Shown: positions 30,047-38,767, numbered from the stretch's first letter. The stretch: 64,000 nt of DNA from Chloroflexota bacterium (GCA_003141245.1 PLLE01000046.1:62841-126840), one strand, 5' to 3'. A program made the numbers and translations. The notes: generated from the sequence alone by a model not told the origin.

Positions 30047-30132
30047 ACGAGTCTATCAGGCGGGCGAACGCGCCCGACGCCGCCTGCTGCCGCCGCCGCC
30101 CGCGCTCACGCGGCGCCCAGGCGCCGCGTCCC

Positions 30133-31563
30133 TCAGCCCAGCGGCTGGCCCGCGTCTGCGAGGGCTTCTCTGTAGATGGCCGAGCCGTCGATCCGACGCG
30201 AAGGCGAGCTCAAGAGTGAGAGGTCGCCCACGAGGCGGCTTTCGAGATCCGTCCCCGCCGCGTCGTCGATCAGGCGGGCGGCTTTCGCTGCGCACAGCAT
30301 GACCTGCTTGGTCTCGGGCCGAATCGGGTCGCCCCAGAACCAGCCGTCACTCGCGAACATCGCCAGCCGCCAGCGCTCCGCTTCGAGCAGAACCAGGAAG
30401 GCCTCGCGCCGCTCGGGCGTGGCAAGCGGCAGCCAGCGGCGAGCGAACCCGTCGGGAGTCTCCGTTCCGAATATCACGTCCACGTACTCGTCGCGTGCCC
30501 GCCACAGCGCCCCGGGCTCCATGAATTTCCCCGCCAGGCCCCCGGCGATGACGTCGATCGCCGAAGCCAGCCGATCGAAGGCCGCGCGCAGCGGCGCCTT
30601 CCAGCGCCCGTCGCTGGCGTCGGGGCACTCGCCCGTCCAGCGCAGCACGCCGTGGTGGCAGCTCCAGGAGGTCCGTTCCACGATCTGCGTCGGCGGGAAG
30701 GCGCTCGCGGGGGTCGAGCCCACGACCTGGCCGACGGTGGTGACGTCGAAGCCGCGATCGGGTACGCCCGGGCCGGGATTCACGAGCCGGGCCAGGAAGA
30801 GGTCGCGGAACTTCTGGTGGTGGCCGTACAGCTCGCCGTCGGTGGCGATGAGCGCCATGACCGGGGTCCCGTCGGGGAAGGCCGGACCGGCGAACCTGGG
30901 CAGGATCCGGTCTCGGGCGAAGGCGTCGGCGTTCACGGTGGCGTCCGGCTCGAACGAGGCCGCCGCCGAGAGCGCCGCATCGTAGAAGACGACCACGATC
31001 GATCGCCGCCCGCCCAGCTCGACCCGATACGGCCGTCCCGTGTCGAGCCTGCTGTCGGCGGCCTGCCAGGGCGCGAGGATGGTATAGCGGACCTTCTCTT
31101 CGGCCAGGATCCGCAGGGTCGACAGGTCGACGGCCGTCTCGGGCAGCCAGATGCCGGTCGGCCGCCGCCCGAACCGAAGGTCGAAGTCGCGCAGGCCCCA
31201 GCGGATCTCGGTGCGCCGATCGGCCAGCGAGGCGAGCGGCAGGATGGCGTGGTGGTAGGCCTGCGCCATGGCGTTGCCGCAGTCGCGGTCGACGATCTCC
31301 TCGGGCAGGTCCGAGTCCACGAACCCCTGATGAGTGGATGGGTCGTTGGTCTTGAGCCAGGACGCCAGCGTGGGGCCCAGGTCGTAGGAGATGTGGCGCA
31401 GGTTGCCCCGTTCGGCGTTGGGCTTGTAGCACTCGGCGTCGATCCGGGCGTCCCAGTCGTGGTACGGGGCTGCGGCTGGCTGCGGCGCGATCTGACCACT
31501 GAACGGGTCGCGGCGCTCGGGTTGATAGAAATGGCCGTGCACGGCCAGCTTGGGGCGAGTCAC
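30133..31563 (-). CDS. GH57-like / DUF3536-type glycoside hydrolase
   Basis: 'KLAVHGHFYQPERRDPFSG' N-terminus. I prefer GTG 31563 over the track's TTG start at 31671. Confidence 0.7.
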   Translation of the reverse strand: MTRPKLAVHGHFYQPERRDPFSGQIAPQPAAAPYHDWDARIDAECYKPNAERGNLRHISYDLGPTLASWLKTNDPSTHQGFVDSDLPEEIVDRDCGNAMAQAYHHAILPLASLADRRTEIRWGLRDFDLRFGRRPTGIWLPETAVDLSTLRILAEEKVRYTILAPWQAADSRLDTGRPYRVELGGRRSIVVVFYDAALSAAASFEPDATVNADAFARDRILPRFAGPAFPDGTPVMALIATDGELYGHHQKFRDLFLARLVNPGPGVPDRGFDVTTVGQVVGSTPASAFPPTQIVERTSWSCHHGVLRWTGECPDASDGRWKAPLRAAFDRLASAIDVIAGGLAGKFMEPGALWRARDEYVDVIFGTETPDGFARRWLPLATPERREAFLVLLEAERWRLAMFASDGWFWGDPIRPETKQVMLCAAKAARLIDDAAGTDLESRLVGDLSLLSSPSRRIDGSAIYREALADAGQPLG

Positions 31564-31690
31564 TCGGCGGATGGTAGCGGAGTGGCCGTGCGGCGGGGGA
31601 GGTCCCGGGCGGGGATCAGCGTTGGGGTCATAGCCTTGCGTCGCGACCGCCGGGCGAGCGGGCGGCGGCAAGAGCCTGCCGGATGAGGTC

Positions 31691-31717
31691 GGAGGTTCTA
31701 GTCCTCTCGCCCCACCA
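31691..31717 (+). other. tRNA 3'-end-like fragment (T-arm plus acceptor strand plus CCA) with no 5' partner
   Basis: GGAGG-TTCTAGT-CCTCT stem-loop followed by CGCCCCACCA. No matching acceptor or D/anticodon arms within 80 nt upstream. Confidence 0.3.
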
Positions 31718-31970
31718 TTCGAAGAAGGCCGTCTCGATCAGTGCCCTGAGACGAGGGCCAGGACGCCTGCGAGCACGAGCGCCGCGAATCCGGTGCGTGT
31801 GATCCCGTATTCTTCGTCTTCCTTTCAGGGACGGCTCCGCACGACCGTCGCCCGGTCTACCTGGCTCGCAGCGCTCTCCGCAGCGGCATACGGCGTCCCG
31901 ACATCGCCGGACCTGACCGTGCCGGACATGCGGAGCTTAGCCGACCTCGCGCTCCAGTGGCACGCACCGG

Positions 31971-33218
31971 TCAGACGATGGGCTCGGCCACAGCCTCGAC
32001 CGAAACCGGCCCGTCCATCTGGATGTGGCGCACCGACGGCACAAACACGACGCTGACGCAGACGGCCATGTTGAGCACAGCCGCGATGAACAGCGTCGCG
32101 GGGATCCCCAACGCCGCGGCGATCGGCCCGATCAGCACGTAGCCGATTGGGTTGAGCGCGATCGACCCGAACCAGTCGAACGAGCTGATCCGCGACAGGG
32201 CGTGCTCGGGTACGTTGCGCTGGAGCGCCGTGATCCAGAGCGTGTTGCTGACCGCGAAGCCGACGCCGGTGGCGAAGCCGACAGCGGCGATCCCGACTAC
32301 GGGCAGGGGAACGGCGAGGGCCGCCAGCACCAGGCCGGCGGGCAGGACCGCCAGCTGCGTTGCCACGAGCGGCCGCTTGACCTTCACCCGCAAGGCGAAC
32401 ATGCCGCCAACGACGGCGCCGGCGGATTCGACAGCCAGGATCGCGCCCCAGGGTCCAACCCCGCCGAGCTGCTGCTTGGCCACGACCGGCCCGAGCACCT
32501 GCATTGCGGGGAAGAATGTCAGCTGGAACAAGCCGAACGAGGCGATCACCGCCACGGCCCAGGGGCGCGAGATGAACTCCCGCCAGCCGTCGTGGAGATC
32601 CCCGAGGATCGACGCCGACGCGGTCCGCAACGTCGGCGCCAGGTGCATCGAAGCGGTCAGCGTCGCCGACGCGAAGAACGTCGCCGCATCTACGGCAATC
32701 GCCAGCGCCGGGCTGCCCGCGGCCACCAGGATCGCGCCGATGGCGGGTCCGGCAATCTGGAGCACGCTGTTCGCGAGCCCGATCAGCGCGTTGGCCTCCT
32801 GCAGCCGCGCGTCGCTGGCCGCCTGCTTGATGAGCCCGATCTGGGCTGGCCGGGAGAACGCGGCGGCAACCCCGAACACGGTCTGGAGGAGGGCGATATT
32901 CCAGACGTCGGCCGTGCCGCTGAACAGCAGGATCGCCGTGAGGACCTGTGCCGAGCCCTTGATGACGTCGCTGCCCACGAGGATCGTCCGACGGGGGATC
33001 CGGTCGGCGAACACGCCGCCGAGCAGGAGCAGGATGACGATCGGGACCTCGCGGGCGAGCATCACGATGCCGAGGTCAGTGGCGCCGCCGAACCCGAGCA
33101 CGGCGAACGCGAGCGCCACATTGGACATGCCGGAGCCCAGGGTGGAGATCGCGGTCGCCGCCAGATAGCGGGCGAAGCTCCGCTCGCGGAGCACTTCGAA
33201 GGTCTTGGGCAGCCGCAC
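31971..33218 (-). CDS. MFS transporter
   Basis: 415 aa, about 12 hydrophobic spans, with the MFS-type loop motif 'GGVFADRIPRR'. Confidence 0.85.
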   Translation of the reverse strand: MRLPKTFEVLRERSFARYLAATAISTLGSGMSNVALAFAVLGFGGATDLGIVMLAREVPIVILLLLGGVFADRIPRRTILVGSDVIKGSAQVLTAILLFSGTADVWNIALLQTVFGVAAAFSRPAQIGLIKQAASDARLQEANALIGLANSVLQIAGPAIGAILVAAGSPALAIAVDAATFFASATLTASMHLAPTLRTASASILGDLHDGWREFISRPWAVAVIASFGLFQLTFFPAMQVLGPVVAKQQLGGVGPWGAILAVESAGAVVGGMFALRVKVKRPLVATQLAVLPAGLVLAALAVPLPVVGIAAVGFATGVGFAVSNTLWITALQRNVPEHALSRISSFDWFGSIALNPIGYVLIGPIAAALGIPATLFIAAVLNMAVCVSVVFVPSVRHIQMDGPVSVEAVAEPIV

Positions 33219-33285
33219 CCCCGGAGTCTACGCGGCGAACCCGGTCGCGGGCGATCGCCGAGCGCCTGGCCGGTAGAATCAGCCG

Positions 33286-33468
33286 ATGACCGACGACGGC
33301 TGGTTCGGCGAGGACGTGGCAGCCACCTACGATCAGGACGCGCCGATGTTCGACCCGGCGGTGCTCGAGCCCGCGGTCGCGTTCCTCGCGGCACTCGCCG
33401 GCGATGGTCCGGTGCTGGAATTCGCCATCGGCACCGGCCGCATCGCCTTGCCGCTGGCGGCCGACCGA
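33286..33468 (+). pseudogene. 5' fragment of a class I SAM-dependent methyltransferase, truncated at the repeat/island junction
   Basis: 'FGEDVAATYD...LEFAIGTGRIALPLAA' is the N-terminus plus motif I (xGxGxG-like). The reading frame then runs into repeat-derived 'TFTRIVSARLLSPR' and stops. Confidence 0.6.
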
Positions 33469-33511
33469 ACCTTCACCCGTATAGTGTCGGCCCGACTCCT
33501 CTCGCCCCGAC
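33468..33511. repeat. 44-bp direct repeat, copy 1
   Basis: aacCttcacccgtatagtgtcggc...ctcctctcgccccgac. 40 of 44 positions are identical to copy 2. It contains GTGTCGG...CCGACAC. Confidence 0.85.
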
Positions 33512-33851
33512 ACTCTCGCCCCGACCACTTACAGGTGAACTGAACTCCGCCGGGAGCACCGCCGCGAAGCCATGGCGGACCGCGTGCTCACTGAGATACG
33601 CCGTGGCCTCGCGCACCCGTCGCGCGGAAGAGCAAACGATGCAGGCCCTCGGGTGGACTAGATGCGCCCATCGCAGGACGATACCTCCCCCGGGTGCCGG
33701 GTCGTGTCTGGCAGTCGGCCGCCACCCTCTCGGCAGCCGGCTGATCGCTCCGCGGCTCCCATCCTGCTGACTCGCGCGCTGCGGGTCGTCTACGATGGGC
33801 GCGGCTAGGCAGGCGGTCCGCCTGGCGCCGGGCAATCCGACGGAGAGACGG

Positions 33852-35498
33852 ATGAGCGGGGAACCGAACCTCCTCTACTACGGCGACAACCTCGACGTGC
33901 TGCGACGGCATGTCCGCGACGAGTCGGTCGATCTCGTCTACCTCGACCCGCCGTTCAACTCAAACGCGAATTACAACGTGCTGTTCGCCGAACATGGCAC
34001 ACGGGCGGCCGCGCAGATACAGGCGTTCGAGGACACGTGGGAGTGGAACGAGGAGTCAGCGGCGACATATCAGGAAACCGTCGAGCGCGGTGGCGAGGTC
34101 GCCAATGCGCTCTTGTCGTTCAGGACCCTGATCGGGACGTCGGACATGCTGGCGTACCTGTCGATGATGGCCCCGCGGCTTGTCGAGCTGCATCGCGTCC
34201 TCAAGCCGATCGGCTCGCTCTATCTGCACTGCGACCCGACCGCGAGCCACTATCTCAAGCTCCTGCTCGACGCGGTGTTCGGCCCGCAGAACTTCCGGAG
34301 CGAGATCATCTGGAAGCGGACTAGCGGACACAGCGACGCACGCGGCTACGGGGCGGTGCATGACGTGCTGCTCTACTACGTTGCGTCGGACGCCGCGACT
34401 TGGAACCGAATCTTCCAGGCTTACGATCCCGGTTATGTCGAGCAGTACTACCGCTATGCGGACCCCAATGGCCGCAAGTTCATGTCGGGCGACATCTCGG
34501 CGGCCGGGCTGTCCGGGGGCGGTTACGAGTACGAATGGCGCGGCGTTACGAGGGTTTGGCGTGTTCCGCTGACGAGCATGGAGAAGCTCGAAGGTGAGGG
34601 CCGGGTCTTCTACACGAAGAACGGCATTCCACGACTGAAGCGCTACCTCGATGAGTCCAAGGGACTCCCGGCCCAGGACGTCTGGGCCGACATCGAGCCG
34701 CTGCGATCTTGGCACGCCGAGAGGCTCGGATACCCGACACAGAAGCCGCTCGCGCTCGCCGAACGCCTCATCGAAGCGTCCTCTGGCCCTGGCGATGTCG
34801 TCTTGGACCCCTTCTGCGGCTGCGGCACGACTATCGACGCGGCGCAGGCCCTCGGGCGTCGCTGGATCGGAATCGACATCACGCACCTGTCCATCGGCCT
34901 CATCAAACACCGGCTGACTGATCGCTATGGCCCGGAGATCGCGAAGACATACAAGGTTGTCGGCGAACCTACGACGGCCGACGATGCAGCTGTCCTGGCG
35001 CGCGAGGACCCGTTCCAGTTCCAGGCGTGGGCGCTCGGCCTCGTGGGCGCGAGGGTGGCCGGGAGCGACAAGAAGGGCGGCGACAAGGGGATCGACGGCC
35101 GCCTCTACTTCCACGACTCGGCAGGCGGCCAGACCCGACAGATCGTGTTCTCCGTCAAGGCGGGCGAGCACCTCGTGCCGGCTTACGTGAACGAGCTACG
35201 CGGCGTGATCGAGCGCGAGCATGCCGACATCGGCGTGCTCATCACGTTCAAGGAACCAACGGCCGGCATGCGATCGGAGGCTGCCGGCGCGGGCTTCTAC
35301 ACCTCGCCATGGGGGAACCACCCACGGCTCCAACTCCGGACTGTCGGCCAATTGCTCACCGGCCAGGGCGTCGACTACCCGCACGTCACGGGCTCCAACG
35401 TGACGCACCGCCGCGCCGTTCCCGCCCGGCCAAACGCTCCCGAGACGATAGGTCTATTCGAGCGGGCCGCAGAGGAGCCGGAGGAGTACGGCTCCTAG
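33852..35498 (+). CDS. beta-class N6A/N4C DNA methyltransferase fused to a C-terminal Mrr-like (PD-(D/E)xK) nuclease domain
   Basis: Motif IV 'DLVYLDPPFNS' precedes motif I 'VLDPFCGCGTT'. C-terminus 'GGDKGIDGRLYF...IVFSVKAG'. ATG 33852 with a GGAGAGA RBS. Confidence 0.85.
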   Translation: MSGEPNLLYYGDNLDVLRRHVRDESVDLVYLDPPFNSNANYNVLFAEHGTRAAAQIQAFEDTWEWNEESAATYQETVERGGEVANALLSFRTLIGTSDMLAYLSMMAPRLVELHRVLKPIGSLYLHCDPTASHYLKLLLDAVFGPQNFRSEIIWKRTSGHSDARGYGAVHDVLLYYVASDAATWNRIFQAYDPGYVEQYYRYADPNGRKFMSGDISAAGLSGGGYEYEWRGVTRVWRVPLTSMEKLEGEGRVFYTKNGIPRLKRYLDESKGLPAQDVWADIEPLRSWHAERLGYPTQKPLALAERLIEASSGPGDVVLDPFCGCGTTIDAAQALGRRWIGIDITHLSIGLIKHRLTDRYGPEIAKTYKVVGEPTTADDAAVLAREDPFQFQAWALGLVGARVAGSDKKGGDKGIDGRLYFHDSAGGQTRQIVFSVKAGEHLVPAYVNELRGVIEREHADIGVLITFKEPTAGMRSEAAGAGFYTSPWGNHPRLQLRTVGQLLTGQGVDYPHVTGSNVTHRRAVPARPNAPETIGLFERAAEEPEEYGS

Positions 35499-35593
35499 CT
35501 CCTCATCTTGCGGGCCGGAGCTGAGAGGTAGACAATTAGAACGGGCGTTTTCTAGTCTCGGTCACGGGCACGACGCGGGCAGAGGTGATCACC

Positions 35594-35836
35594 ATGACAA
35601 TTCGGTGGAACGGTCGCAACAAGGAGGACGCCTTCAACAAGGCCGCCCTTCCTCAACTGCGGGACAACATGGCGAAGCTGCTCCGCGAGACCAGTTGCCC
35701 AGAGCACGGCACACACCCAACGTCGGTGACAGTCACCGGACGCGACCTTAGGTCGCTGGAGCTGCATGCTGAGGGAGTGTGCTGCCCGAAGCTCACCGAA
35801 GCGATGCGCCAGAAGATCGGCACGTCCTCCCGCTAG
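35594..35836 (+). CDS. hypothetical small Cys/His-containing protein
   Basis: 80 aa starting at ATG 35594 (the track uses GTG 35585). 'SCPEHGTHP...GVCCPKL'. No recognisable family. Confidence 0.4.
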   Translation: MTIRWNGRNKEDAFNKAALPQLRDNMAKLLRETSCPEHGTHPTSVTVTGRDLRSLELHAEGVCCPKLTEAMRQKIGTSSR

Positions 35837-35927
35837 ACGGGCACGGCTCCAGTCTAGAGCTTGCGAACGCTGACGCTACATCTCAGCCGGCTTTCGATGC
35901 CGGCCGCCCGACGCCATAACCTGTGCA

Positions 35928-35971
35928 AACGTTCACCCGTATAGTGTCGGCTCTCCTCCTCTCGCCCCGAC
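35928..35971. repeat. 44-bp direct repeat, copy 2
   Basis: aacGttcacccgtatagtgtcggc...ctcctctcgccccgac. It abuts an ORF that has no proper 5' end. Confidence 0.85.
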
Positions 35972-36035
35972 CGTTCCCATCACTGCCTCCGGGACTTTCG
36001 AACTTTCGTCGGTCCAATTCGACGCTCTCCACCGG

Positions 36036-36392
36036 GTGTGGTGCCGCTCAATCTGCACCTTCCTGGCGGGACGGGGAATACCCGACGCAACCTATGATCG
36101 CGCGGCCAAGCTCGTTGGCGTGTACCTGAAGGCGATCGTGATCATGGGCGGTGATTGCGACTCTCCCCTTGGGCGCAATGCTCATCCCCCAATCGACCGA
36201 GTTCTACTCCATCGCCTTGCGGCCTCTCGCAGGATCGCATCACCCCACAGAGGGTCGTGGGCATCGATCAGCTGGACGCAGCCGGACGAGCTTGGGTACT
36301 TCCAGCTGATCGGCCAACTCCGAACTGTGTTACCCGAGGGTGCGCCCTTCTGGACCCTTGAGGAGTACTGGGAACCGTCCGAATCCAGTTAG
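36036..36392 (+). pseudogene. probable 5'-truncated gene of unknown function
   Basis: The frame is open back to 35874, through repeat copy 2, with no ATG. The protein-like part is 'DRAAKLVGVYLKAIV...HPPIDRVLLHRL...FWTLEEYW'. Confidence 0.4.
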
Positions 36393-36538
36393 TACCCAGG
36401 GGTCCCTCGGCTTCCCGTTTGTTCGGTGGCCCCGAGTTCAGGATCGGGCAGACCGCACTTAGCAACCCAGGCTCCTCGTAGCCCGCCTGTTCATCGACCC
36501 GAGTGGGTCCCGACGGTCGCCACTCCGAGAGGTGGTGG

Positions 36539-38017
36539 CTACTCCCAGCCGGCGGTGCCAATCTGGTAGAGGTCCGGCGGACAGCGCAATTCGCGGTATG
36601 TTCCCTTCGTCGATGCAATGAGGGCGTACCCAGGGACATGGAAGGCGAGGCCCTTGGGATCGAGCTCGCTCGACGTGGAATCGAACACGGCCTCTCCGAG
36701 CACGCAGTCGGTCCGTCCAGCGTCTCGTGCGCGTCGATCAACCGCTTCTACGACCCAAACGAAGCGAGGGAACCTGGCCATCCTGTATTCGCGAGCGACC
36801 GCGTTGGGCATCCGTCGCATCGCCTCGTCTTTGAAATGGTTAGCGGAGGTCGCGTAGGTACGAAAGGCGAGAGCACCCGCGGAGATGCAGTCACTAAGGG
36901 CTTTGGCATCTGGAACCGCCGCTTGCACCATCGAGGCAATCTGCTGCAGGAACGTGGCGCCCACGCCTTCCGCGGGTTCGGGCGGCAGCCAGAGCTTCTC
37001 GGGCAGCGGGACGACCAGGGCCGTCCAGGGCGAGTACCGGTAACCGTTGACCCCCACGTCGTTGAAGACTGACTTCACGGGTTGATATGGACCGAGTTGA
37101 TCGTCCTGCCGAACAAACTCGATCCACGAGCCGCCGCTTGGGTTTGGCGTGCGCCGGTAACCGACGAGCACAAAGGCGTGTTCGCCGTTCCCCACGAGGA
37201 CTGGGATTCCAGAATTCAGATACCTACAGATCGTACCGAAGAGCTTTGTGTTCCACAGTCCACCATGGAGCTGCTTCCCGTTGGCATCCACCACGGGGAT
37301 CGGGTCCGGCGGTGCACAAGGAGGCGTGGGTTCGACGGTCTTGAGTGCGTCGACGTCGTATAGGCGAGCCGGCAAGTCGAAGACTCGGAATAGTTCAACC
37401 AGCTGTCCAACGGTCAGCCCTTCGGAGGGCACTGGACGCGTGGGGCTCATCGAGGGGTTCGACATGAGATTGAAGGCAGCGATCGGCCGTCTCGGGACGA
37501 TGCCCCTCCTGTGAGCCACGTAGTGGCAGACCCAGGCGGCAGCGTGGGCGCATCGGTCCAGTTGGGCGTCCTGCTCCATAAACGGGACGGCTCGGATCGA
37601 GATTGTCTGGCCGAAGAAGTGGACGTTCTCTTGAATCGTAGTCAGAACGGCATCGTCAAGACCTGGAGGCGGTGCCAGCATGGTTCTGCCCACTCGACCG
37701 AGCTGCGTTGGCGGCCGAACCACCATGTACCCGAGGTAACCTGCGTCGACGGGGATCTCCCACAGCCGATCAGGCGAGATCGGGCCTTTGAAGAAGTGGA
37801 GTCGATGGGCCGTGTCGTAATGCGTGGAAAACGCCCGAGCGTGGAACGCGACGTACTCGCTCCGGAAGTCCGGGTCGATATATCTCGTCTCGATGACGAC
37901 TGTGAGCGCCCCGGCAGCCTTGGCAACGTCTAGACAATGCTTTAGAGGGTCGGGATTCCGGGCAGGGTACTGGCCTAGAAGCCACGTCCAGTCTCTTGGA
38001 TGTGCCAGGATGCGCAC
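36539..38017 (-). CDS. predicted papain-like (C39-like) cysteine peptidase with unknown N- and C-terminal domains
   Basis: 'QDAQLDRCAHAAAWVCHY' (Q..C), 'GNGEHAFVLVGY' (His) and 'FVRQDDQLGPY' (Asp) occur in papain-fold order. No HExxH. The track start at 38119 adds an Arg/Pro-rich head that overlaps a better small ORF. Confidence 0.5.
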   Translation of the reverse strand: MRILAHPRDWTWLLGQYPARNPDPLKHCLDVAKAAGALTVVIETRYIDPDFRSEYVAFHARAFSTHYDTAHRLHFFKGPISPDRLWEIPVDAGYLGYMVVRPPTQLGRVGRTMLAPPPGLDDAVLTTIQENVHFFGQTISIRAVPFMEQDAQLDRCAHAAAWVCHYVAHRRGIVPRRPIAAFNLMSNPSMSPTRPVPSEGLTVGQLVELFRVFDLPARLYDVDALKTVEPTPPCAPPDPIPVVDANGKQLHGGLWNTKLFGTICRYLNSGIPVLVGNGEHAFVLVGYRRTPNPSGGSWIEFVRQDDQLGPYQPVKSVFNDVGVNGYRYSPWTALVVPLPEKLWLPPEPAEGVGATFLQQIASMVQAAVPDAKALSDCISAGALAFRTYATSANHFKDEAMRRMPNAVAREYRMARFPRFVWVVEAVDRRARDAGRTDCVLGEAVFDSTSSELDPKGLAFHVPGYALIASTKGTYRELRCPPDLYQIGTAGWE

Positions 38018-38057
38018 CTTCGCGGGATCGGGATCCTCCCACGCCCCCCGCCGCACG

Positions 38058-38249
38058 TCAGCCCAGCCGCAATGTCGAGGCGTCGGCCTCGGCCTTGCGG
38101 CGCGCACGGGCCTGCTCATCGAGCTTCTTCTCGATGGCGCGCCTTTGCTCCCTATCGAACAGATCCATGGGGTCTCGGAGTCCGCCGAGCTTGGATCCTT
38201 GGATGGGGGTCAACTCAGGCAGCACGGAGCGGGGCTGCGGCCGAGCCAT
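38058..38249 (-). CDS. small charged helical protein, unknown function
   Basis: 63 aa. ATG 38249 is preceded by AGAGGAGAGA with 5 nt spacing. 'DPMDLFDREQRRAIEKKLDEQARARRKAEADA'. Confidence 0.45.
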   Translation of the reverse strand: MARPQPRSVLPELTPIQGSKLGGLRDPMDLFDREQRRAIEKKLDEQARARRKAEADASTLRLG

Positions 38250-38293
38250 TTGTCTCTCCTCTGAGGCTGACGGTGCTCTCTGGGGACGCTCGC

Positions 38294-38686
38294 CTATTCT
38301 GAGCCCCCGTCAAGCGACTCGCTCGCCAGGATCGCGTCATAGATGAAGCGCCATCGTTGCGCGCTCACGGGCGCCTTGCCCGCAACCCGAAGCCCGGCGA
38401 GCACCTGGACCTCGGAGGTGGGTATCCGTCGTTCCTCGGCCACGCGCCGCAGGCCATCTGGGATGTCGGCTGGCATGGACGAGCCCTGGAGCAGGGGCCC
38501 AAGCACGTCCTCAAGGCGTTGCAGGGCGTCGGCCCCGGGCCGACGGGTCCGGCCATGCTCTATTGCGTTGATATAGGCCCTGGAGAGCCCGGTTCGGCGC
38601 GAGACCTCAGCCAGGCTCCATGACTTGCGCGAGCGGGCGTCGACTATGCGTCTGCCGAGTTTCGAGCCCGCCTCATCTGTCAGCAA
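38294..38686 (-). CDS. XRE-family HTH transcriptional regulator
   Basis: 'RKSWSLAEVSRRTGLSRAYINAIEHGR' is an HTH_3 motif. The upstream 65 aa of the track ORF overlap the Ubl gene on the opposite strand. I use TTG 38686 (GGAG 9 nt upstream). Start is uncertain. Confidence 0.75.
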   Translation of the reverse strand: MLTDEAGSKLGRRIVDARSRKSWSLAEVSRRTGLSRAYINAIEHGRTRRPGADALQRLEDVLGPLLQGSSMPADIPDGLRRVAEERRIPTSEVQVLAGLRVAGKAPVSAQRWRFIYDAILASESLDGGSE

Positions 38687-38689
38687 CTG

Positions 38690-38718
38690 TTGACACTCCA
38701 GTCCGCTATTGCTACGAT
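38690..38718 (+). promoter_or_regulatory. sigma-70-like promoter for the Ubl operon
   Basis: TTGACA (38690-38695), a 17-nt spacer, then TACGAT (38713-38718), about 50 nt upstream of ATG 38768. Confidence 0.5.
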
Positions 38719-38732
38719 GTCTGCAATCGTAG
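38712..38732. promoter_or_regulatory. candidate operator: perfect 7-bp inverted repeat overlapping the -10 box
   Basis: CTACGAT-gtctgca-ATCGTAG. The palindrome AGACGTCT follows at 38737-38744. Confidence 0.4.
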
Positions 38733-38767
38733 ACAAAGACGTCTGTTTTGGCAATAGGAGAACGGAA

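Noticed and set aside
31551-31717. A full-length tRNA, tmRNA or other RNA closed by GGGGCGA (31552) pairing with TCGCCCC (31707)
   Set aside because: At about 165 nt it is too long for a tRNA and too short for a tmRNA. It has no D-arm or tag-ORF features, and the 5' heptamer lies over the GH57 start codon. I keep only the 3' fragment as an observation.
32025-33770. 581-aa plus-strand ORF over the MFS gene and into the island
   Set aside because: It is Arg/Asp/Gly-rich with no domain. The minus strand encodes a 12-TM MFS protein.
38018-38119. N-terminal 34 aa of the 526-aa track ORF (MSRPVRAARPRPTPRH...)
   Set aside because: It is Arg/Pro-rich and overlaps the 63-aa ORF, which has a strong RBS. 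I trimmed the start to GTG 38017, though this remains uncertain.
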